The position numbers and the translations under genes are program-made. From the NCBI GenBank assembly GCA_002269645.1, contig NIVC01000858.1:1-64000 (forward strand): 64,000 nucleotides of DNA. The letters are read 5' to 3'. The notes under the pieces are model-generated. The model saw nothing but the letters and a program-made list of their open reading frames with translations, made no database searches and was not told the origin of the DNA. Position 1 is the first letter of the stretch. Every line of letters starts with the position of its first letter. This stretch comes from Macrostomum lignano (lineage: Eukaryota). This document shows, one piece after another, positions 22,501 through 32,063 of the stretch.

Positions 22501-24620
22501 ATGATGAGAGTGGGGTAAGCAGCACGGGTCTGGAATGATAGGGTTTGAGGGGCGATCGATATCAACAATGTGCATAGCATATTGAGTGAAGCGGGGCATT
22601 GGCAGACCAGGCTGTGTCCCTCCATTCTGCCGCCGGCTCTCTGCAACGTCCCAGCCAATTTTTTGTTGCTCCATTGTTTGTTAGGGGGCTGACTGACCCT
22701 GAACTGCCTGTTGTTGCAGGAGGCTGCTCCGCCTACCTTAGCTCCTACTATCGCAGGTACCTAAAGTTTAAATATGTCAGCTCAGAGCGCAGCCAGCAGT
22801 GTCGGCACACGGTGCTCAGTCTTATAGTAAGTTGCGCCTCCCCTGCCAGTTGGGGCTCGGGCGCCTGCAATGCTTCCCCTTGCACTTGGTTGAGAAAATC
22901 ACTGCTAAGAAACTCCTTCCCCGCCCCTGCAGCCCAGTCGCTAAAGTACTTTGGCGGGCATTATCGCAAGAATCTGCAGTGCGCATTTAAGGTCAACAAG
23001 CGGCAGTCGGACACTCGAAGCATTGTTCGGATTAGCCTGGTCAGTTAGTGCGTTTCCTGATTTGTTTGTTAGAGCTGATCGGCCCAGCAACTCTCGGAAA
23101 GGGCAGCTCTCACTGCGCTTGTCTAGGCTAATTCTGTGTTAGCAATTCTTTATAGAGGCCGGATTCAAGTACCTTGGCAGCTGGTTTAATAAGAATCTCA
23201 AGCGGGATTTTAAACAGCAGCAGCAGCAGAGCAAGCTGAACTCAATCTTTCTTGTGCAAACTGTGAGTGCGGACTCGGCTTTGCGCTGTGTTGTGGTGAT
23301 GAATAGCAGTGAGCATTCGCACTGTCTGAGCAGGGGTGGGAGCCTGATTTGTCTGGTTCAGTTGTGTCTGCTGCTAAAGCTATTTTCCTTGTTTAAACTG
23401 CCGAGGGTAAGTCTATTGTGCGACTCTCCCGGCTGCTCTATCCGCGTTCTGCCGAGAACTCTTGGTAACTGGCTTCTAATTTAGTAAATCCCCATCCCAC
23501 CAGCCCGAGAATCCCATCCCATCTACCTGAGAATCCCATCCCATCTCATCTACCTGAGAATCCCCATCCCATCACCCCGAGAATCCCATCTCACCTACCT
23601 GAGAATCCCCATCCCATCAGCCCAGGAATCCCATCTCACCTACCTAAGAGTCCCCATCCCACCAGCCCGAGAATCCCATCCCATCTACCTGAGAATCCCC
23701 ATCCCATCACCCTGAGAATCCCATCTCACCTATTTGAGAAACTCTATCCCATCACCCCGAGAATCCCATCTCACCTACCTGAGAGTCCCCATCCCATCAG
23801 CCCCAGAATCCCATCTCATCCAGCCCCAGAATCCCATCTCATCCAGCCCCAGAATCCCATCTCATCCAGCCCCAGAATTCCATCTCACCTACCTGAGAAT
23901 CCCCATCCCATCAGCCCCAGAATCCCATCTCGTCCAGCCCGAGAATCCCATCTCATCCAGCCCCAGAATCCCATCTCATCCAGCCCCAGAATTCCATCTC
24001 ATCCGGCCCGAGAATCCCATCTCATCCAGCCCCAGAATCCCATCTCGTCCAGGCCGAGAATCCCATCTCATCCGCCCCGAGAATCCCATCTCATCCAGCC
24101 CGAGAATCCCATCTCATCCGCCCCCAGAATCCCATCTCATCCAGCCCCAGAATTCCATCTCATCCGGCCCGAGAATCCCATCTCATCCAGCCCCAGAATC
24201 CCATCTCATCCAGGCCGAGAATCCCATCCTGACCCGCCGGTCCCCCCGCAGAAGCTGAACCGGCGCCAGAAGAGCTACGAGGCCCTGAAGCCCAACCTCG
24301 ACCAGACCGCCCAGACAAAATACGAGAGCGTGCTCAACAGGGACTACACCAGCTCGGATGAAGAAGGCGGTGCCGACTTGGACTCTGAGATGAAGGTGCG
24401 CAGCCTCCCTTGGGAGAGCGCCGAGCTGCGCGAGATGAAGCGTCGATTAGACGAAGTTTTCCTCGAACGCCTCGCCGACGACAAGCAGCGTGCGGACGTT
24501 TTGCGGCTGCAGCGGGACCCAGCTGTGCTGTCCAGCCGCCCGCCTCCCGCCGACCAGCTCGACTGGGCGCGCGACCCAGCCTGGACGGCGTCTCATCCGC
24601 CTGGCGGCGCCACTCAATAA
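19511..24620 (+). CDS. Uncharacterised protein, paralogue 1 (~405 aa), with a seven-exon alternative cassette array
   Basis: Exon 1 19511-19747 (phase 0), exon 2 20158-20665 (ends WR, phase 1), one cassette exon, last exon 24252-24620 (KLNRRQKSYEAL..DYTSSDEE..VRSLPWESAEL..LD). Homologous throughout to the gene at 26248-28423. Confidence 0.85.
19835..20105. repeat. 25-bp minisatellite (caccacccttatggaatcgcccctg)n in intron 1 of paralogue 1
   Basis: Tandem periodicity between the donor at 19748 and the acceptor at 20157. Confidence 0.92.
21278..21395. repeat. Five 23-bp repeats with core ctggcaggggaattc, alternating ctcag/ctttg variants, immediately upstream of the cassette array
   Basis: Cores at 21286, 21309, 21332, 21355 and 21378. 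Confidence 0.92.
21440..21546 (+). CDS. Alternative cassette exon A (107 nt)
   Basis: tttcag|..|gtaaga; phase 1->0; (S)GCNRYMSVYFGCTLKPGVKKLHMASRWKRQFLFSL. Confidence 0.8.
21668..21786 (+). CDS. Alternative cassette exon B (119 nt)
   Basis: ttgcag|..|gtaagg; phase 1->0; (R)LCYSYLSTYFSWTLKPSAKKLLEQAQLQQRMDRFKYLGS. Confidence 0.8.
21899..22005 (+). CDS. Alternative cassette exon C (107 nt)
   Basis: ttccag|..|gtaggt; phase 1->0; (I)VAEKYFKVYFSAVLKRDYKVQHQQRICDKVFHRVL. Confidence 0.8.
22113..22207 (+). CDS. Alternative cassette exon D (95 nt)
   Basis: ttgcag|..|gtacgt; phase 1->0; (K)RALSYYSGYFRCVLRRDYRQDYLKNSFHRIW. Confidence 0.8.
22720..22826 (+). CDS. Alternative cassette exon E (107 nt)
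   Basis: ttgcag|..|gtaagt; phase 1->0; (R)GCSAYLSSYYRRYLKFKYVSSERSQQCRHTVLSLI. Confidence 0.78.
22933..23039 (+). CDS. Alternative cassette exon F (107 nt)
   Basis: ctgcag|..|gtcagt; phase 1->0; (T)QSLKYFGGHYRKNLQCAFKVNKRQSDTRSIVRISL. Confidence 0.78.
23156..23262 (+). CDS. Alternative cassette exon G (107 nt)
   Basis: ttatag|..|gtgagt; phase 1->0; (K)AGFKYLGSWFNKNLKRDFKQQQQQSKLNSIFLVQT. Confidence 0.8.
23488..24232. repeat. ~23-bp minisatellite (agaatcccatctcatccagcccc)n in the last intron of paralogue 1
   Basis: Tandem periodicity; ends ~19 nt before the acceptor at 24251. Confidence 0.93.
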
Positions 24621-25717
24621 CTGAGACGGCGCCAAGGACTGCGGAGAACTGACTTGACTCCTTCCCTACCCCTCCGTATTTTCCCACCTTCCCTATCTCC
24701 TCATTTCCCCATCTTATTTCCCTATCCCCTTATTTCCCCATCTCATTTCCCATCCTTCTTTTTCTCCATCCCCTCATCCCCCATCTTTTCATTTCCCCAT
24801 CCCCTTATTTCCCCATCGCTCTTCATTTCCCCATCCCTTTTTCCTTATCCCCTCATTTGCTCATCTCTCTTCACTTCCCCAACCCCTCATTCCCCTTCTA
24901 ATGTCCTCATCATATTCTCATTTTCTGGCTACTGAAGATGGGGCGCTGCTCCCCCAGCTCATACAAATTCCATTGGCGGCTCTCCCCATTAAAATGCGCT
25001 GGCAGGATTGAGAAAATCGGTTGACTGGTCTGGATGTTTGTCCAGAGGACTTATTCCTAGCCAAGCTTGACTGTTTCCTTTGGCAAACTGATTTAACGAG
25101 ACCAACTCAAAATTGAGAGTGCAGCGCCCTTCACTGCAGTAGAACCGGACCCCTCACACCCCGTATGGTCGAATCCCTATTCGCGAGTTGAGTATTGTAT
25201 AATGTCAAGTCGCTCATTGCTGTGAACTGACTGCTTTTTAACACTGCCACAAGCCCCCTAATTGTTTGCATTTTCCTCCCATTGTTCAACTGTAATTCTC
25301 CCCCAATGGTTGTCCGGCACATCCGCAACCTTTGGGTTCCGCTTGATCGCCCGGAGTCCGGGCGCATTTTCGCTTCTGTAATTCGCTTCCGCCCTGCCTG
25401 GCGGCTGATGTTCGTCTTTGCTTATTATAAATGATTACTGCTATGTATTTCATTACTGTCACTTTTCTGCTATTGACTATGCTGTGCTGTTGTGTTCTCA
25501 ATCAGTTCTCAAATATACGGCCAGTCTATCATCTTAGCACCTGTATTTACTCACCCGGTCACACTGCTCTGCTCTGTGACCACCGACTTGACAGTAAAGC
25601 AAGGATATGAATTTGTTGCAGAATTCCTCAGCAGTAAGTAGGCTTAATACTACTTATTAATCCCTAGATAGCAGTCAGAGTCCAGAACCGATTCATGGCC
25701 AGTTTAAGCAACGCAAA

Positions 25718-26087
25718 ACTGCTCAGTCACTGAAGTTCGTTGGTTTTGTCTATGACCAACTGCTCAGTCACTGAAGTTCGTTGGTTTTGTCTATGACCAA
25801 CTGCTCAGTCACTGAAGTTCGTTGGTTTTGTCTATGACCAACTGCTCAGTCACTGAAGTTCGTTGGTTTTGTCTATGACCAACTGCTCAGTCACTGAAGT
25901 TCGTTGGTTTTGTCTATGACCAACTGCTCAGTCACTGAAGTTCGTTGGTTTTGTCTATGACCAACTGCTCAGTCACTGAAGTTCGTTGGTTTTGTCTATA
26001 ACCAACTGCTCAGTCACTGAGGTTCGTTGGTTTAGTCTATGACCAACTGCTCAGTCACTGAGGTTCGTTGGTTTTGTCTATGACCAA
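25718..26087. repeat. 41-bp tandem repeat, ~9 copies
   Basis: Unit ctgctcagtcactgaagttcgttggttttgtctatgaccaa; copies near-identical. Confidence 0.95.
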
Positions 26088-26247
26088 ATCTGACTCGTCT
26101 TAGCAAATTCCGCCAGTAATTCGCACTCAATATGCCCATGAGTAAAAGTCGGCCAGTAGAACTAGATGCATTTTTGCATTGCGTGGATTTGTAGTCACAG
26201 CTGTGTTGAAAACCATTTTTCATGCAGACCGACTAGTTTGCCCAGCA

Positions 26248-28423
26248 ATGGCCGCCGCCGTCCTTCAGCACCAGCAGCAGCAGCAGCCGGCTTTCTCTAC
26301 GCTGACCCTGTTCGAGTCCACCCTGATGAACGCGGGCATGCTGCTGGACAGCATGACTCTGGACGACCTGTGCGCCGCGCTGCGCCTCATCAACAACCTG
26401 CACCTGCAGCTGGTGGACATCATGCAGCCCTCGGCCGCCGATGTGCAGCTCCGGCTCGTCCGCGCGAGCACCGACTGGCCGAGGCGGCGCCGCTGCCGCT
26501 GCCTGTGCAGCAGCCGTCTGCGCAGGAGTCGGAGCCGCAGATCCCAGCAGATCGGAAGCGGCCTCTGCAACATTCTGCTGAGGAATTCCGCGAGTCCAAG
26601 GTTCGTTTGGCTGATACTAACGGCGAGGCTGGCGGCGGCGGCTGCGGCATTCTCGTCCACCAAGTCAACTCCGCCGACAACTTCAACGAGGCAGCCGACG
26701 ACGAAGCGGCGCTCGTTGACGATTCGGAGTCTGCCGCGCAACTAACTGCCGGCTGTCCATCAATCTTGAGCTGCAGCGGCGGAGAATTTTCCAGCTCTGC
26801 CAACAACTGCTGGAGCGGCAACGTTCGGGTGAGCCTGCTGGCCTGGCTAGTCTGAGCACTCTGGTCTGTGCCTGGGCACTCGTTAGTGTCTGAGCACTCT
26901 AGTCTGTGTCTGGGCACTCGTTAGTGTCTGAGCACTCTAGTCATTGTCTGGGCACTCGTTAGTGTCTGAGCACTCTAGTATGTGCCTGGGCACTCAGTGT
27001 CTGAGCACTGTAGTCTGTCTGGGCACTCGTTAGTGTCTGAGCACTCTAGTCTGTGCCTGGGCACTCGTTAGTGTCTGAGCACTCTAGTCTGTGCCTGGGC
27101 ACTCAGTGTCTGAGCACTGTAGTCTGTCTGGGCACTCGTTAGTGTCTGAGCACTCTAGTCATTGTCTGGGCACTCGTTAGTGTCTGAGCACTGTAGTCTG
27201 TGTCTGGGCACTCGTTAGTGTCTGAGCACTCTAGTCTGTGTCTGGGCACTTGTTAGTGTCTGAGCACTCTAGTCTGTGTCTGTGCACTCGTTAGTCTGTG
27301 CACTCATTAGTGTCTGAGCACTCTAGTCTGTGTCTGGGCACTCTAGTTTGAGAGTTTCAGTTGAATGAAATCAAGCAGAAGCAGAAATTTGCCCACAGAA
27401 CATACTGCAAGATGCTTACAAGAAGCTCCGAGGCAGCGGTCCTCACTTGTTCGACTTCTCCAAGAGGTAGGGTGCGCGCCTAGTTGGCTACTCAATCAGT
27501 GCTCACTCAGCCACCTCCCCAAGCCCTGCAAGCCGCTTTCCCTTGCCGCCCTCAGCTGGGAGCACTCGATCAATCAGGACGCGGCTCGCAGCGTCTTGGA
27601 CTTGGTGAGGGATGAATCTGGCATCGAGGCCGACGAGGACACCTGGAAAAGTGAGTCTTTAGCCAGTCTTTATTGCTGCATTGCTTGCGCGACTCTCGAG
27701 TCAGTCATAGTCAAACCGGAATGCCGCCCGCAGAGCTGTACCAGTACTACCTGCGGGAGAGCAAGCGGGTCCAGTGCAACAGGCGGACTGCTGCCCGCTG
27801 CAACCGGATGAAGGCGGTGAGGCTTTTTGGAATACAGATTCTCATTTGTGTCCTTAACCGTGGTGCTAGCCAGAATTAGCCCCCATTAACTGAGTAAAAA
27901 TCGCCCCCCCCCCCTACACCAATTGAGAATCGCCCGTGCACCTAGCAAGAATCGCCCCGTACACCTAGTGAAAATCGCCCCGTACACCTAGCGAGAATCG
28001 CCCCGTACACCTAGTGAGAATCGCCCCGTACACCTAGTGAGAATCACCCCGTACACCTAGTGAGAATCGCCAATCCCCATCGCATCGCAGAAGCTCGGCC
28101 GGCGCCAGAAGGCATTCGAGTCTCTGCTGCCGCACCTGTCCCCAGACGAGCTCAACCAGTTCCGCGCCGTGCTGTCCCGGGATTTCACCTCCTCAGACGA
28201 GGAAGACGAGACCGCCTCAGGCAGCGGTGAGGCCGAGGACGAGCAGGCGAATCTGCGGGTGCGCAGCCTGGTGTGGGAATCCGCCGCCGTCGCCGACATC
28301 AAGCGCCGCCTGGATGACACCTTCTATGCCCGCTTCGCCACCGTCAAGCAGCGCGCCCAGCTCGCCCGCTGCCAGCGTTTCGACGGCGCTGAAAGCAACG
28401 GGGGCAGCCCCGGGAGCTCCTGA
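26248..28423 (+). CDS. Uncharacterised protein, paralogue 2 (single exon at the cassette position); apparent 1-nt frameshift in exon 1
   Basis: Exons 26248-26828, 27399-27466 (NILQDAYKKLRGSGPHLFDFSK), 27556-27650 (SWEHSINQ..DEDTWK, phase 1), 27734-27816 (LYQYYLRESKRVQCNRRTAARCNRMKA, phase 1->0) and 28091-28423 (KLGRRQKAF..DFTSSDEE..VRSLVWESAAV..LD). The N-terminal FSTLTLFESTL..MLLDSM matches FSPLTMFECTI..MLIDSM of paralogue 1. Confidence 0.8.
26848..27348. repeat. ~38-bp minisatellite in intron 1 of paralogue 2
   Basis: Unit ctagtctgtgtctgggcactcgttagtgtctgagcact. Confidence 0.92.
27898..28075. repeat. 23-bp minisatellite (cgccccgtacacctagtgagaat)n in the last intron of paralogue 2
   Basis: Tandem periodicity; ends just before the acceptor at 28090. 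Confidence 0.88.
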
Positions 28424-28459
28424 CTGGGCCGTCCGCTCCGACCCCACCAGCTCCGCGTT

Positions 28460-29790
28460 TTGAGTCTCCCCCTCCATCTGAGTCTCCCCTCATTTGAGTC
28501 TCCCCCTCCCATCTGAGTCTCCCCTCCCATCTGAGTCTCCCCTCATCTGAGTCTCCCCCTCCCGTCTGAGTCTCCCCCCTCCCATCTGAGTCTCCCCCTC
28601 CAGTCTGAGTCTCCCCCTCCCATCTGAGTCTCCCCCTCCCGTCTGAGTCTCCCCTCCAGTCTGAGTCTCCCCCTCCAGTCTGAGTCTCCCCTCCCATCTG
28701 AGTCTCCCCCTCCCATCTGAGTCTCCCCCTCCAGTCTGAGTCTCCCCCCTCCCATCTGAGTCTCCCCCTCCCGTCTGAGTCTCCGGTGTCTCCCCCTCCC
28801 ATCTGAGTCTCCCCCTCCCGTCTGAGTCTCCTCCCTCCCATCTGAGTCTCCCCCTCCCATCTGAGTCTCCCCTCATCTGAGTCTCCCCCCTCCCATCTGA
28901 GTCTCCCCCTCCCATCTGAGTCTCCCCCTCCCATCTGAGTCTCCCCCTCCAGTCTGAGTCTCCCCCTCCAGTCTGAGTCTCCCCCTCCCATCTGAGTCTC
29001 CCCCTCCCATCTGAGTCTCCCCTCCAGTCTGAGTCTCCCCCTCCCATCTGAGTCTCCCCCTCCCGTCTGAGTCTCCGGTGTCTCCCCTCCCATCTGAGTC
29101 TCCCCCTCCCGTCTGAGTCTCCTCCCTCCCATCTGAGTCTCCCCCTCCCATCTGAGTCTCCCCTCATCTGAGTCTCCCCCCTCCCATCTGAGTCTCCCCC
29201 TCCCATCTGAGTCTCCCCTCATCTGAGTCTCCCCCCTCCCATCTGAGTCTCCCCCTCCAGTCTGAGTTTCCCCCTCCAGTCTGAGTCTCCCCCCTCCCAT
29301 CTGAGTCTCCCCTCCAGTCTGAGTTTCCCCCTCCAGTCTGAGTCTCCCCCTCCCATCTGAGTCTCCCCCTCCCATCTGAGTCTCCCCCTCCCATCTGAGT
29401 CTCCCCCTCCCATCTGAGTCTCCCCCTCCCGTCTGAGTCTCCCCCCTCCCATCTGAGTCTCCCCCTCCCATCTGAGTCTCCCCTCCCATCTGAGTCTCCC
29501 CTCCAGTCTGAGTCTCCCCCTCCCATCTGAGTCTCCGCCTCCCATCTGAGTCTCCCCCCTCCCATCTGAGTCTCCCCCTCCCGTCTGAGTCTCCCTATCC
29601 GAGTCTCCCCTTCCCGTCTGAATCTCTCCCCCCTGCAGTCTGAGTCTCCCCCTCCCATCTGAGTCTCCCCTCCCATCTGAGTCTCCCCCCTCCCATCCGA
29701 GTCTCATCCCCCTACGTCTGAGTCTCCGCCTCCCATCTGAGTCTCCCCCCTCCCGTCTGAGTCTCCCCCCGTCTGAATCTCTCCCCATTC
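28460..29790. repeat. 19-20-bp C-rich minisatellite (ctcccatctgagtctccccc)n
   Basis: Tandem periodicity; gives the GGDSDGRGRLRWEGETQ-type spurious ORFs. Confidence 0.96.
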
Positions 29791-30144
29791 CCCTACGTAT
29801 GTGGCAGCTATCGCCGGGATTCGAGCCCGGGTCACCCCGCATTCGTGCCCCATCATCGACCTGAATCTGTCACAATTCACGCCGGCAGTCAGTGTCCATG
29901 TGATTCGCTAACTGATTTTTTTAACTGTTTTCTCGCTTCCTCCCTGACTGGTCCCCTGTTCGCTTTGCGCTCAAGTTTGATTGTATTTGTAAATAAATCA
30001 TTGGCTGTTCTAGTCATATTAATGTCGGCTACCGTACTGAGCGGCTGTGCTGCAAACTCATGTCAGCATTGTGTTGCTCCTGTTGCTGTTTATTTAAATT
30101 CTGAGCGAGGCAGCATGCACCTGCTTGCTCTGTGCTAAGTTTGC

Positions 30145-31358
30145 GTGTGACTCTGTAGCCTTCACATGCCTGTGCTGTGTGATTCTGTAGCTTTCACATG
30201 CCTGTGCTGTGTGATTCTGTAGCTTTCACATGCCTGTGCTGTGTGATTCTGTAGCCTTCACATCCCTGTGCTGTGTGAACTGCGTGTGATTCTGTAGCCT
30301 TCACATGCCTGTGCTGTGTGATTCTGTAGCCTTCACATCCCTGTGCTGTGTGAACTGCGTGTGATTCTGTAGCCTTCACATGCCTGTGCTGTGTGATTCT
30401 GTAGCCTTCACATCCCTGTGCTGTGTGAACTGCGTGTGATTCTGTAGCCTTCACATGCCTGTGCTGTGTGATTCTGTAGCTTTCACATGCTTTTGCTGTG
30501 TGAACTACGTGTGATTCTGTAGCTTTCACATGCCTGTGCTGTGTGATTCTGTAGCTTTCACATGCCTGTGCTGTGTGAACTGCGTGTGATTCTGTAGCTT
30601 TCACATGCCTGTGCTGTGTGAACTACGTGTGATTCTGTAGCTTTCACATGCCTGTGCTGTGTGATTCTGTAGCTTTCACATGCCTGTGCTGTGTGAACTG
30701 CGTGTGATTCTGTAGCCTTCACATGCCTGTGCTGTGTGATTCTGTAGCCTTCACATCCCTGTGCTGTGTGAACTGCGTGTGATTCTGTAGCCTTCACATG
30801 CCTGTGCTGTGTGATTCTGTAGCTTTCACATGCCTGTGCTGTGTGATTCTGTAGCTTTCACATGCCTGTTCTGTGTGATTCTGTAGCTTTCACATGCCTG
30901 TGCTGTGTGATTCTGTAGCCTTTACATCCCTGTGCTGTGTGAACTGCGTGTGATTCTGTAGCCTTCACATGCCTGTGCTGTGTGAACTGCGGTTGATTCT
31001 GTAGCTTTCACATGCTTGTGCTGTGTGAACCGTGTGATTCTGTAGCTTTCACATGCCTGTGCTGTGTGAACCGCGTGTGATTCTGTAGCTTTCACATGCC
31101 TGTGCTGTGTGAACTGCGGTTGATTCTGTAGCTTTCACATGCCTGTGCTGTGTGAACTGCGTGTGATTCTGTAGCTTTCACATGCTTGTGCTGTGTGAAC
31201 TGCGGTTGATTCTGTAGCTTTCACATGCCTGTGCTGTGTGAACTGCGGTTGATTCTGTAGCTTTCACATGCCTGTGCTGTGTGAACTGCGGTTGATTCTG
31301 TAGCTTTCACATGCCTGTGCTGTGTGAACTGCGGTTGATTCTGTAGCTTTCACATGCC
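30145..31358. repeat. Minisatellite with interleaved 30-bp and 43-bp units (gtgattctgtagctttcacatgcctgtgctgt[gtgaactgcgt])
   Basis: Tandem periodicity with two unit lengths. Confidence 0.95.
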
Positions 31359-32063
31359 TCCGGGTCGCTGGTGTGCCGCTATTTGAAGATGCGGCTCGTG
31401 CAGGACTGCAGGTGACTCCAGCATTTGTTCCCGCACTGACTGTCAGAGTTCGTCTGCTGATAAGCAGACAGCGCGGAGTTCATGCGAGGGCGCGAATGCA
31501 TAAAGCATGTACTCGTAGTTTTGTTCAGCCTGGCTAATTGGTGGAGCCTTGGCCAGGCCAGCTGAGGAAAATCGATGGGGAAAGAAACTGGCAAGTATGG
31601 CCAGGGTTCGAGTCCACTTTCAGCTAAGCTTACACTGATTGATAACTCTGCTGTAAGAAAGGTATTAGTGAGATGGGCATATTTCAGCTCAAGCCTTAAG
31701 CTGCTAATTTCACCTGAGCTGCCGAGTTGCAGATCAAATAAAGATAATTTAAACCTGTGCTCTCTACGAGGGGTGTCCCTCAGAGTTATGGCGAAAAATG
31801 CAACAGATAAGAATAGTTGAAATTTAACTGTGCTTAGGTAGCGGTCTTTTACTTTGTTAAAGAAACTTGACTATTTTCATATCTAAAAAAATTGAAAGAA
31901 GCCATGCTTCTCGCCTTTGCATTTTGCAACTGGAAAGATCTGCGAGTATGGCGTCTTTGTGCTTCGGTTTTATACTGTATGCATTAAAGTTATCTGCCTT
32001 TGTAATATTGTGTAAACTTGAAACAACATTAATTTCTATTGCCCTGCCATTCTGTATGCGTAA

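Noticed and set aside
22405-22514. Possible eighth cassette exon (110 nt, open, phase 1->0, donor gtaagc) in the long D-E intron
   Set aside because: Purine-rich, weak acceptor, and it lacks the Y6/aromatic 10-11/L15 motif. May be chance or a decayed cassette; RNA-seq would decide.
23362-23406. AG..GTAAGT-bounded 45-nt segment after exon G
   Set aside because: Phase 0->0, no homology to the cassettes, and no suitable phase-1 acceptor upstream.
17575-26087. Regular 56-bp and 41-bp arrays as possible CRISPR arrays
   Set aside because: No unique spacers, no cas genes, and a eukaryotic context.
29795-29860. tRNA T-arm/B-box-like gacccgggctcgaatcccgg on the minus strand (similar motifs at ~54710 and ~54960)
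   Set aside because: No complete cloverleaf or A-box; at most tRNA-derived SINE fragments.
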